Shown here piece by piece: positions 18,941-27,663 of a DNA stretch of 64,000 nucleotides. The position numbers and the translations under genes were made by a program. The DNA is taken from contig OZ242274.1 in NCBI GenBank assembly GCA_965207375.1, forward strand, positions 1,600,001-1,664,000. The letters run 5' to 3'. The DNA is from Nitrosopumilaceae archaeon. GTDB lineage: Archaea > Thermoproteota > Nitrososphaeria > Nitrososphaerales > Nitrosopumilaceae. The notes beneath the pieces are model-generated. The model ran no database searches. It worked only from the letters and a program-made list of their open reading frames with translations, and had not been told where the DNA came from. The stretch's first letter is position 1. Every line of letters starts with the position of its first letter.

Positions 18941-20077
18941 ATGGGCAAAATTTTAGGAATTATAGGAGGAGGACAATTGGGCATGATGTTAACAGAAGCT
19001 GCCAAAAACATGGCAAAAATAGAGGATGTCATTGTATTGGATCCTACAAAAAATTGTCCTGCAGTGCAGGCAGGCGCAAAATTAATCCAGGCCGATTTTA
19101 AGGACGAGCAGGCAATTGAGGAGCTTGCAAAACATTGTGATATCATAACTTATGAAATTGAATCAGGAAACAGCGAGGTGTTGAAAAAAATGCAAAAAAA
19201 TACAGTTATCAATCCGTCCCCTGACACACTGAAAATCATACAAGATAAACTAGCACAAAAAACAATCCTGCACCAAAACGGCATAAGAGTTGCAGATTTT
19301 CATCAGGTATCCTCTGTTGCAAGTCTTCATGATTCTATCCAGGAATTTGGCTATCCTGTACTACTCAAGGCCAGACGTGATGCTTATGACGGACGTGGAA
19401 ATTACAAAATTGATTCAAAGGATCAGATTCAAACAGCATATAATTACTTTAAAGGCAAGCCCCTGATGGTTGAAAGGTTTGTTCCGTTTTCAATGGAGGT
19501 CTCTGTAATTGCAGCACGTAACACAGGCGGAGAGATTGCAACATATCCGCTAGTGGAAAACATGCATGAAGAAAACATATTGAGAACAACTATTGCACCT
19601 GCAAGAGTAAGTGAAGATATTGCAAAAAAAGCACAGCAACTAGCAGAAAAAACAATGAATGTTTTACACGGTGCAGGCGTATTTGGAATCGAAATGTTTG
19701 TTGCACATGATGAACTTTTAATCAATGAAATAGCACCAAGAGTCCACAACTCTGGGCATCATTCACTACACTCTAGTAAAACATCACAGTTTGAACAGCA
19801 TCTTAGGGCCATCATGGGACTAGAGCTTGGCAGTACAGAATTGCTACATCCAACAATTATGTATAATATTTTGGGGGAGGCCGGATTTGAGGGAAGATAC
19901 AAAACAGTTGATCCTAAAATGAAAAACTGTTTTCTTAAAATGTACGGCAAAGATATATCCAAACCAAAAAGGAAGCTTGGACACATCAATATTGTAGCAG
20001 AGGGTAACCAGACAGTTGATGACCTACTTGCAAAGGCAGAAAAAATAAAAAACATGCACATTCTCAAAGCACTTTGA
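18941..20077 (+). CDS. purK: N5-carboxyaminoimidazole ribonucleotide synthase
   Basis: GIIGGGQLGMM, AYDGRGN, INEIAPRVHNSGH, YGK...RKLGHI. Confidence 0.96.
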   Translation: MGKILGIIGGGQLGMMLTEAAKNMAKIEDVIVLDPTKNCPAVQAGAKLIQADFKDEQAIEELAKHCDIITYEIESGNSEVLKKMQKNTVINPSPDTLKIIQDKLAQKTILHQNGIRVADFHQVSSVASLHDSIQEFGYPVLLKARRDAYDGRGNYKIDSKDQIQTAYNYFKGKPLMVERFVPFSMEVSVIAARNTGGEIATYPLVENMHEENILRTTIAPARVSEDIAKKAQQLAEKTMNVLHGAGVFGIEMFVAHDELLINEIAPRVHNSGHHSLHSSKTSQFEQHLRAIMGLELGSTELLHPTIMYNILGEAGFEGRYKTVDPKMKNCFLKMYGKDISKPKRKLGHINIVAEGNQTVDDLLAKAEKIKNMHILKAL

Positions 20078-20597
20078 TGTCAATTGTTGCCACTCCAAAG
20101 TAATATCCTACAGCAATCAACGCAATACTCCATGCACAGGATCCCACAAATGTGTAGATTGTAAATTTTACAAATCCCATGTTGAGTAATCCTGCAGGAA
20201 TTGACACTAGGGAACGAATACCTGGAACTAGTCTTCCAAACAGAACCGACTTGTCCCCATATTTTGAAAACCACCTTTCAACTCGGATTATTTTATTCTC
20301 AGAGATTCGCACCTTTTTACAGTATCTCATAATTGCCTGGCGACCTAGCTTTAATGCTATACAGTAAATGACAAAGGCACCAACTGTGGCACCTGACCCA
20401 CCAACAATTCCTGCAGAAAATATGTGCAATACACTCATCTCATTTTGGAGAATGGTGTATCCGGCCAATGGAAATATGACCTCACTTGGAATCGGAGGAA
20501 AGAGAGTCTCAATTAGCGCTGCTAAAAACAATCCTGTATACAGATTATCTGCAACTAGGTCTGTGACCCATTGTATCACTGCTGCTATTTCACTCAT
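20064..20597 (-). CDS. DedA-family membrane protein
   Basis: ETLFPPIPSEVIFPLAG, GRLVPGIRSLVSIPAG. Confidence 0.92.
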   Translation of the reverse strand: MSEIAAVIQWVTDLVADNLYTGLFLAALIETLFPPIPSEVIFPLAGYTILQNEMSVLHIFSAGIVGGSGATVGAFVIYCIALKLGRQAIMRYCKKVRISENKIIRVERWFSKYGDKSVLFGRLVPGIRSLVSIPAGLLNMGFVKFTIYTFVGSCAWSIALIAVGYYFGVATIDIKVL

Positions 20598-20720
20598 CTT
20601 CGGTCAGGTAATAGTGTAGTTCGGTATAACATTCCGTACAGTATTGCTGAAAATCGGTATGATCACAGTCGTAGACCTTTTTTACGTCATTTTTACATTT
20701 TTTACAGACAGGCATATGGT

Positions 20721-21113
20721 TCAGGATTTTTTGATTTTAAGGGCGCCTAGTCCTACCTGGATTAGACCTGCAACAATTAAGGGAACCGTTTCAGATAATA
20801 CATTTCTACCAGCCTCTTTGGCCTCTACAGGATCTGCATTACCAATAACTACGGCACCTCCGATAATAATCAAGATACCTGCTACAATAATCATAATGCC
20901 TAGACCCTTTGAAGGCTCTTTTCTAGAGATAAAATACGCAACGATAGGCAGAATCAGCGACGGAAGGCCCAAACCCATGCCGCGTGTTTTGTGATCAAAT
21001 GGAATAAAGCCCTCTCCACTTTCAGAACTGTACCCTACAGCAACATCTGCACCATATACTGCCAATAATGCAATGGCGATTCCAGTAATTATAACAGATG
21101 CGGCTAGTGCCAT
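20721..21113 (-). CDS. small 4-TM membrane protein
   Basis: Four hydrophobic segments in a 130-aa ORF. Confidence 0.75.
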   Translation of the reverse strand: MALAASVIITGIAIALLAVYGADVAVGYSSESGEGFIPFDHKTRGMGLGLPSLILPIVAYFISRKEPSKGLGIMIIVAGILIIIGGAVVIGNADPVEAKEAGRNVLSETVPLIVAGLIQVGLGALKIKKS

Positions 21114-21156
21114 AAATCGAGAAATTTTCTTTCGTTAATAAATTTGGTGAAATGCT

Positions 21157-21258
21157 CTGCTAAGCAAAATGTGGGCAAAATAGGCCAAAATCTATCCCAA
21201 AATGCAAAGAGAGCAAATAGAGACAAGATAAGAATTTGAACCACATTTGGCTTTGCTG
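21157..21258 (-). mobile_element. MITE family A copy (inverted)
   Basis: Reverse complement of the family A core (AAAATAGGCCAAAATCTATCCCAAAATGCA). Confidence 0.8.
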
Positions 21259-21595
21259 TCAAGGCCGGATGCAAATAAATGAGTTCGACTGTATGTATGA
21301 TCGTGCAAAAAAATAGCATCATTTTATGGGGTCCACACATCTATGAAAATTGCACAACTCAATACATAGGCAGGGGTAGATTCACCACTAGGGTGATTAT
21401 CATGTGTTGACAAATTTGAAATGTCACAAGAATCTAGGCAGGATGTTAACTGTTTATTTTTCATGCTAAAATGATCTCAATTCATGGTATTTGGGTTAAT
21501 TTAATGTGGCACTAAATTAATTACGGCGATTTTGATATGTCACTACAATTTTACATAACCGAAAGTTTGAATTAGTAAAATATCTAATTTGTCTT

Positions 21596-22264
21596 ATGCA
21601 TGCAGTAATTTTGGCAGGAGGATTTGGAAAAAGGCTCAGACCCATAACTGACTATGTGCCAAAACCATTAATACCAATAGATAATGTTCCAATTTTAGAA
21701 TGGCAAATAAGATATCTGAAAAAATTCAAAATAACTGATATTATCATATGTACAGGATACAAGACAAAACAGATTGAAGAATTTCTTGAAATAAAATCTA
21801 ATTTTGGTATAAAAATCAAAGTATCTGTGGAAAAAACACCTCTTGGAACTGCTGGGGCCATAAAAAAGGCAGCCCAACACATCAAAGGCAGCTCATTTTT
21901 AGTTCTAAACGGGGATGTAATATCTAACATCAATCTAAAAACCCTGCAAAAGACACAAAACACAATAGCAGGTATTGAATTGCAAACTCAATTTGGTACA
22001 CTGACTGTTTCTGAAAATAAAATCTGCAAATTTACTGAAAAAAAACCCATTAAAGACGTCTGGATGAATGCAGGCATCTACCATCTGTCTTGTGATATTT
22101 TAAAATATTTACCGGCAAAGGGAGAAATTGAGAAAACAACATTTCCAAAATTGGCAAGACAGGGAAATTTACACATTACAAAGTTTACCGGTGTTAAATG
22201 GTTTTCAATTGATTCACACAAAGACATTGAACAGTGCTCCAAAATGATAAAGGCAATAAAATAA
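21596..22264 (+). CDS. sugar-phosphate nucleotidyltransferase (NTP_transferase family)
   Basis: AVILAGGFGKRLRPIT..PKPL, PLGTAGAI, NGDV, NAGIY. Confidence 0.92.
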   Translation: MHAVILAGGFGKRLRPITDYVPKPLIPIDNVPILEWQIRYLKKFKITDIIICTGYKTKQIEEFLEIKSNFGIKIKVSVEKTPLGTAGAIKKAAQHIKGSSFLVLNGDVISNINLKTLQKTQNTIAGIELQTQFGTLTVSENKICKFTEKKPIKDVWMNAGIYHLSCDILKYLPAKGEIEKTTFPKLARQGNLHITKFTGVKWFSIDSHKDIEQCSKMIKAIK

Positions 22265-22266
22265 GA

Positions 22267-22410
22267 TTAGGCCCCTGTTCTATGCAGGGTAACCATCATG
22301 TATGCAATTTCACTAACAAATGCCTCGTCCTGATGTTTTGAGGTGTATTGGTCAGCTAGCCTCCAAAAGTTGGCATCTTTGTCAGACGTCATCATTACTG
22401 TTGCCATCAT
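22267..22410 (-). CDS. possible 47-aa small protein
   Basis: MMATVMMTSDKDANFWRLADQYTSKHQDEAFVSEIAYMMVTLHRTGA* fills the intergenic gap; no motif. Confidence 0.35.
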   Translation of the reverse strand: MMATVMMTSDKDANFWRLADQYTSKHQDEAFVSEIAYMMVTLHRTGA

Positions 22411-22484
22411 ATACTTGGTTTAAAATATCAAATAATGGTTATAACCTCAATCATTTTTTACCTAATGCTAAAGATATGAAAAGT

Positions 22485-23297
22485 TTAGATGCGCTTTTTA
22501 ATCCAGTCAGCAACAATCTTTTTTGCAAATTCGTCAGTATCCATATCTCTGCGCTCAGATTGCTTTGCCAAAAAGTTTGATTGGCGCTTTGATAGTATGA
22601 TTGGGATTTTTTGCTTTGTCTTTATCTTTTTGGCGCGTTTTAACAGTGTTGCATGACCCATCTTTGGATTTGCAGTCAAAATCTTGATGTATTGCTTGCG
22701 GACAGGTGCGCCATACTTTGATATTTTATTTGCAATTATAACTGCCTTGTTTGTATTGGGTACTGCAATGTGTAGTTTTGTGGCCTCATCACGCGTTATG
22801 ACTTTGGGCACAAGTACCTTTAATTTTTCAGGAACTCCTGCAAATCCGTGTAATTTTTTAAATGTTGCAATGGACATGCCTAGTGTTCTAGCTGCCTTTG
22901 ATTGTGATTTTAACTCCTCTGCTAGGAAGACACAAGAATTTGCAAGCTCCCTTTGATTCATGTTTTTTCGGTGTATATTTTCAATGACAGATGCAGCCTT
23001 TGCATCGTGTAGGTCGTACTCTGTATTTTTTGTAATTACCAATGCTGGGATCTTTTTTGCACGCAATCGTTTTAGTGCTGCAAGCCTTCTTTGACCTGCC
23101 ATTAACTTGTATGTGCTTCTACCTTCTTTTTGAACAAGGGGCGGATTTTGCAAGCCTTCGGTTCTAATTGATTTTGCAAGCTCTGCAATGCCTTCTCTGT
23201 CCAATTTACGTGCCTGTGCATCCTTCCATACTATTATTTTATTTACTGGAATTTGTCTTAACCTATACTCTATTTTTGATTTGAAACGTTTTGCCAA
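22485..23297 (-). CDS. ParB/Srx-domain DNA-binding protein
   Basis: ELAKSIRTEGLQNPPLV, LMAGQRRLAALK, IENIHRKNMN, HTH; RHH-like C-terminus. Confidence 0.9.
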   Translation of the reverse strand: MAKRFKSKIEYRLRQIPVNKIIVWKDAQARKLDREGIAELAKSIRTEGLQNPPLVQKEGRSTYKLMAGQRRLAALKRLRAKKIPALVITKNTEYDLHDAKAASVIENIHRKNMNQRELANSCVFLAEELKSQSKAARTLGMSIATFKKLHGFAGVPEKLKVLVPKVITRDEATKLHIAVPNTNKAVIIANKISKYGAPVRKQYIKILTANPKMGHATLLKRAKKIKTKQKIPIILSKRQSNFLAKQSERRDMDTDEFAKKIVADWIKKRI

Positions 23298-23662
23298 TTA
23301 ATTTTATGGGGTATTAATTATATTAAATCGCCTTTGGTTTGTTTTGTTTAACTAATTACTATGACACTTGTGATGTTAAATTAAAAGCGATCACAAATTA
23401 ATATAAAAACTTTAAATTTTATTTTTAATTTTGACTGTATATACTTGTGAAAAAAGGTTTGATTGTACGTATTGCAGCCATGTGTATCGTATAACAGATC
23501 AGAAAATTACTGTCACACCAGTCAAACATTAGACTGAATTTGACCCGTTTTGCAGACTGGTATATGATGAAAAAGAATCCGAAATGTTACAATCTTGTGC
23601 ATTATTTATTTCTCAAATATTTGTGAAAAAAAGATAAACTAGAGGCTCTGCTACCCCTAGTC

Positions 23663-24625
23663 ATGAGAGTATCATTTAGTTTAGGTTCCTTGCTGAATAT
23701 ACCTGATATATCGCACTGTATAATGGAGCTAAAAAAAGAGCCAGACACAATATGGATTCCAGAAACCTGGGGGATGGAAAACTTTTCAATGCTTTGCTTG
23801 GCTGCAACAAAAACATCAGATGTAAAAATTGGCTCATCAATAATTAATATCTATTCTAGGAGCCCCTCACTAATTGCAATGGGGGCAGCTACAATAGATA
23901 CAATATCACATGGACGGATGGTTTTGGGTCTAGGGACAAGCAGCTTGCCCATTGTTGAGAACTTTCACGGCCAAAAATTTACAAATCCGCTTACTAGGAT
24001 GAGAGAATATGTGGAAATAATCCGGCTTGTACTGGGCGCAAAGCCTGTAAACTATAATGGACGTCATTTTAATTTAAAAAATTTCAGCTTGCTGATAAGG
24101 CCGTATAGGGAGAAAATTCCAATCTATCTTGCATCAGTTAACCAAAAAATGACAGAGCTTGCATGGGATGTGGCCGATGGTGTAATATTTTATCTCAGGC
24201 CTCAAAAGGAAATGAAATCAACAATACAAAAAATGCAGTCAAAGAGAAAAATTGATGTGACATGTCAGATAATAACTGCAGTATCAAAAGATTCAGAAAA
24301 GGCAATAACTAGAGCGAAAAAAACTTTGTCATTTTATATTGCAGTAGGAAAAGTATATCGGGACTTTATAGCTAAACACGGATATGAAAATGAAACAAGT
24401 GCAGTATACTCGGAGTATAAAAAATCAGGACTAGCCAACATACATGAATATATTTCAGATTCTATGTTACATGATTTAACAATATGTGGAACACCTGATG
24501 ATGTTAAAAAACAATTACACAAATTTGTAGATACGGGAATTGATCTGCCAATAATCCAGTTTAATCCAGTATCTGATACAAAAGACTCTTTTAGATTGTT
24601 ACAAGAAACCTTTGCAGATGTATAA
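23663..24625 (+). CDS. LLM-class (luciferase-like, probably F420-dependent) oxidoreductase
   Basis: IWIPETWG, RSPSLIAMGAATIDTISHGRMVLGLG, ICGTPDDV. Confidence 0.9.
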   Translation: MRVSFSLGSLLNIPDISHCIMELKKEPDTIWIPETWGMENFSMLCLAATKTSDVKIGSSIINIYSRSPSLIAMGAATIDTISHGRMVLGLGTSSLPIVENFHGQKFTNPLTRMREYVEIIRLVLGAKPVNYNGRHFNLKNFSLLIRPYREKIPIYLASVNQKMTELAWDVADGVIFYLRPQKEMKSTIQKMQSKRKIDVTCQIITAVSKDSEKAITRAKKTLSFYIAVGKVYRDFIAKHGYENETSAVYSEYKKSGLANIHEYISDSMLHDLTICGTPDDVKKQLHKFVDTGIDLPIIQFNPVSDTKDSFRLLQETFADV

Positions 24626-25734
24626 TGAACAAAGTTTCAATTTGTGCATATGGTGGAACAAAATTCTCAAAAGAGAATCTACAAGTGCACGACTTGATGT
24701 TTGATGCAGTCAAAGAACTGTTCCAATCAAATCCTGGCATTGACAAAAAAGACATTGATGCGGTTTTAGTATCTACAAATGATAACACAAAATATTTGGG
24801 ACCAATAATATCTGAGAGTATAGGAATTCAACCAAGAATCAGTCACAATATTGAAAGCATGTGCAATTCAGGCACAAATGCTATAGTTTCAGCATATTCA
24901 TATGTCACATCGGGGCTAGCAAATGCTGCAATAGTAGTAGGTGCAGACATCTTTGATGGACCTGGACAAATTCTAGAATGGGATGAATCACGGGGAGAGT
25001 TTAAACATCCAATTTTTTGGGCATCACTGTTTTCAAAGGCGTACAAAAGCAATTTTGGTGCAGATTCCCAAGATCTTGCCTTAATAGCTGCAAAAAATCA
25101 CAAAAATGCACAAAATAATCCCAATGCAATATCTGATAAGGCATATTCTGTTGAAGATGTCTTAAATTCCAAGCAGTTAACTGACGACTTGAGACTATTG
25201 GAGTGTTCTAGGCCATCGACTGGAGGCTGTGCAGTATTGTTGGCATCTGAAAAGATTGCAAAAACCATTACTGAACAACCCGTACAGATAAGTGGAATAG
25301 GGCAAAAAACAACATCTGCAGGATTTTTGAAGACAGATAATTTTACAAAGATGCAGTCAACAATATATGCTGCAAAGCAGGCATTTAAGATGGCACGCAT
25401 TGAACCCGAACATGTAGATGTTGCAGAAGTACATGATGCATTTGCAGTATGTGAGGCGTTAGCAGTAGAGGATATTGGAATGGTAAAAAAGGGAAATGGT
25501 ACAAAATTTTTGCAAGAATTATACGATACAGAAAATAAAAAAGTAAATCCGCGAGGCGGACTGATTGGTTCAGGTCATCCCTTAGGTGCTACCGGAATTG
25601 CCCAAACTATGGAAATAGTGCAACAGCTGCAAAACAATGCACAAAAGCGCCAAGTTTCTGACCCTAAAATAGGTCTGGTTCACAACATGTCTGCTGCTGC
25701 AACATCATCTACGGTACTCGTGATGTCAAACTGA
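24625..25734 (+). CDS. thiolase-family (SCP2-type) acetyl-CoA acetyltransferase
   Basis: ESMCNSG, DVAEVHDAF, VNPRGGLIGSGHPLGATG. Confidence 0.92.
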   Translation: MNKVSICAYGGTKFSKENLQVHDLMFDAVKELFQSNPGIDKKDIDAVLVSTNDNTKYLGPIISESIGIQPRISHNIESMCNSGTNAIVSAYSYVTSGLANAAIVVGADIFDGPGQILEWDESRGEFKHPIFWASLFSKAYKSNFGADSQDLALIAAKNHKNAQNNPNAISDKAYSVEDVLNSKQLTDDLRLLECSRPSTGGCAVLLASEKIAKTITEQPVQISGIGQKTTSAGFLKTDNFTKMQSTIYAAKQAFKMARIEPEHVDVAEVHDAFAVCEALAVEDIGMVKKGNGTKFLQELYDTENKKVNPRGGLIGSGHPLGATGIAQTMEIVQQLQNNAQKRQVSDPKIGLVHNMSAAATSSTVLVMSN

Positions 25735-25739
25735 CCGCA

Positions 25740-26024
25740 CTGATAATATCAAAATGCAACAGCTGCAAAAATGTGGCATGGCCTCCAAAAAAATACTGTA
25801 GCATTTGTTTTGATCAAACCTGTCTTGTTTCTGCCTCAAAAACCGGCACAATAGTTGAATTTTCAAAAAAAGATGACATCTATTTTTGCATAACTGATTT
25901 TGATGGAATTCAGTTATTATGTAGTCTAAAATCAGATGTATCTCCTACAGTTGGTCAAAAGGTAACATTACAGTACTACAAACGAGTAAAAAACAACAAT
26001 GTTTTTGAGGTTGGCCTCTGTTAG
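25740..26024 (+). CDS. DUF35/ChsH2-like Zn-ribbon OB-fold thiolase partner; start uncertain
   Basis: The frame extends upstream of the tracked GTG to give LIISKCNSCKNVAWPPKKYCSIC (two CxxC); no ATG, so a CTG or other non-canonical start is likely. Confidence 0.75.
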   Translation: MIISKCNSCKNVAWPPKKYCSICFDQTCLVSASKTGTIVEFSKKDDIYFCITDFDGIQLLCSLKSDVSPTVGQKVTLQYYKRVKNNNVFEVGLC

Positions 26025-26074
26025 TTATTGTAGAATAACCACGTATACTATATGTAAAAAAATTTCACAAATGC

Positions 26075-26617
26075 ATGGTTAAACAAATATCTCAAACTAT
26101 ATCTATGAGAAAATTAACTGCACAGGACATTAAAAATAAAAAAATTGCCAAAACTCGCAGACAGCGAGGTTATACGTGGGAAGACACGCTAGTAAAGCGG
26201 TTCAACGGAGCAGAGGCATGGCAGGGATTCAGACTTGGCTCACCTAGTGTGGCTTTGCCTGATATTTTGGCAGTAAACAATGAAAAAAGCATCATATATA
26301 CGATTGAGGCAAAATCTGGAACCGGTACCACACTACAGGTACCACATGATCAAATAATCAGATGTTTGAGATGGACTAATACCTTTGAGGTGTACAAAAC
26401 ACGCAATGTCATTTTAGCATTCAAATTCTTGGCAAAAAAACGTATAGGAATAGGCAAATACGAAAGCCGCAAGCTACGAGAATTCTTCAAGGTGTGGGAT
26501 TCTAAAATAAATCCAATTGATTGTGTGTGTACATATGAGGGCACAACATATGCACTGCAAGACGGCAAAAGACAGGAATTAAAACTAGATGAATATGCGA
26601 TGCCGTTTGAAAAATAA
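26075..26617 (+). CDS. archaeal Holliday-junction-resolvase-like PD-(D/E)xK nuclease
   Basis: RGYTWEDTLV, RLGSPSVALPDILAVN, IEAKS. Confidence 0.85.
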   Translation: MVKQISQTISMRKLTAQDIKNKKIAKTRRQRGYTWEDTLVKRFNGAEAWQGFRLGSPSVALPDILAVNNEKSIIYTIEAKSGTGTTLQVPHDQIIRCLRWTNTFEVYKTRNVILAFKFLAKKRIGIGKYESRKLREFFKVWDSKINPIDCVCTYEGTTYALQDGKRQELKLDEYAMPFEK

Positions 26618-26689
26618 TATTACAGTTTTTTTTGCAAAAATAATATATCTGCATGTTTGTCTTTGCGTAAAAATATGTTTTAATGATTA

Positions 26690-27097
26690 CATCAAATCAT
26701 TCAAAGATGCTACCATTCCATGCCATGATAAAAAGTACACACAATTTGACGTGCAATTATGATGAATCTAGTCTTTTAGAAAGGCAGTACCTGCACTTGG
26801 AATCAGCAAGCCTGAATTCATCTAAAAGAATACTCTAGAACAAAACGGTCATGCGGAGTCATTTCACAAGACACACAAAAAAGAGTACATCTGGCCACTT
26901 GATTTTGAAAGGTACCTCTGATGCAAAACCTGTCCTGGTTGACGCCTTGGGATTATAACACGGCAAGAATTCACTCATCTTTTGGATACATCACATTTAC
27001 TGAATTTGCATCACAGTGGAGGGAGACAAATAAACGATGGCTAAAGTCATTCAGAAATTAGTACAAAAAGTGGTACTAAAACAAGGGGTCCATTCTA
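26690..27097 (+). pseudogene. degraded IS3-family transposase C-terminus and right end
   Basis: TLEQNGHAESFHKTHKKEYIWPLDF, then DYN..RIHSSFGYITFTEF in shifted frames; end AAAAGTGGTACTAAAACAAGGGGTCCA. Confidence 0.7.
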
Positions 27098-27293
27098 CTT
27101 TGATCTAGAAAATTTTCCTTGGTACATCTGGTATTGTATCACAAATAAAAAAAAATAGTAAACATGTAGAGAATAAAAAATCTTAACTGTTAACATTGTG
27201 TCTAGATTTTTATTTTATTTTTTTAAAAAATAATTTTGTGTTTTAAAATTATCATAAATTCAAAACAGTGTTAACAGATACAAAACAGATCAT

Positions 27294-27368
27294 GTACTTG
27301 TTTGTCTCATGCTTAATTTTTCAATTATATCATCATGTGTTCACAAATTAACTCTTACGTGAAAGTAC
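27294..27368 (+). mobile_element. MITE family B, degenerate copy
   Basis: GTACTTGTTT...TAATTTTTCAAT...CGTGAAAGTAC; no TSD visible. Confidence 0.65.
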
Positions 27369-27663
27369 CATAAGCATTCTACAAAAACAATTATGGTTCG
27401 TTATTTGTACCAGATATTATTACAAAAAGAAGCATGCCGTAAATCAATATATGTCCTTATATAACCACACATGAATACCTAAAATCATGACAAATAAAAT
27501 TCAATCTGCAATTCAAATCTTTGCGAAATTCTTTTAGGTGCACCTCATGAAATTTTCTAGATTCATAATTTTAGCAGCATCGCCTGCAACAAGTGCCATA
27601 TTTACAGCCCGCTTGTCCCATTCTCAAATGGATTCAGATTACAAACACAAACAATGATAGATT

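Noticed and set aside
21300-21445. Possible IS3-like end (TTTTATGGGGTCCACACA) and a short element between TAGGCAGG repeats
   Set aside because: Single degenerate instances, too short to distinguish from chance
22485-23297. ParB as a sign of an integrated plasmid or provirus
   Set aside because: No parA, integrase, replication gene or att repeats nearby; the flanking genes are housekeeping
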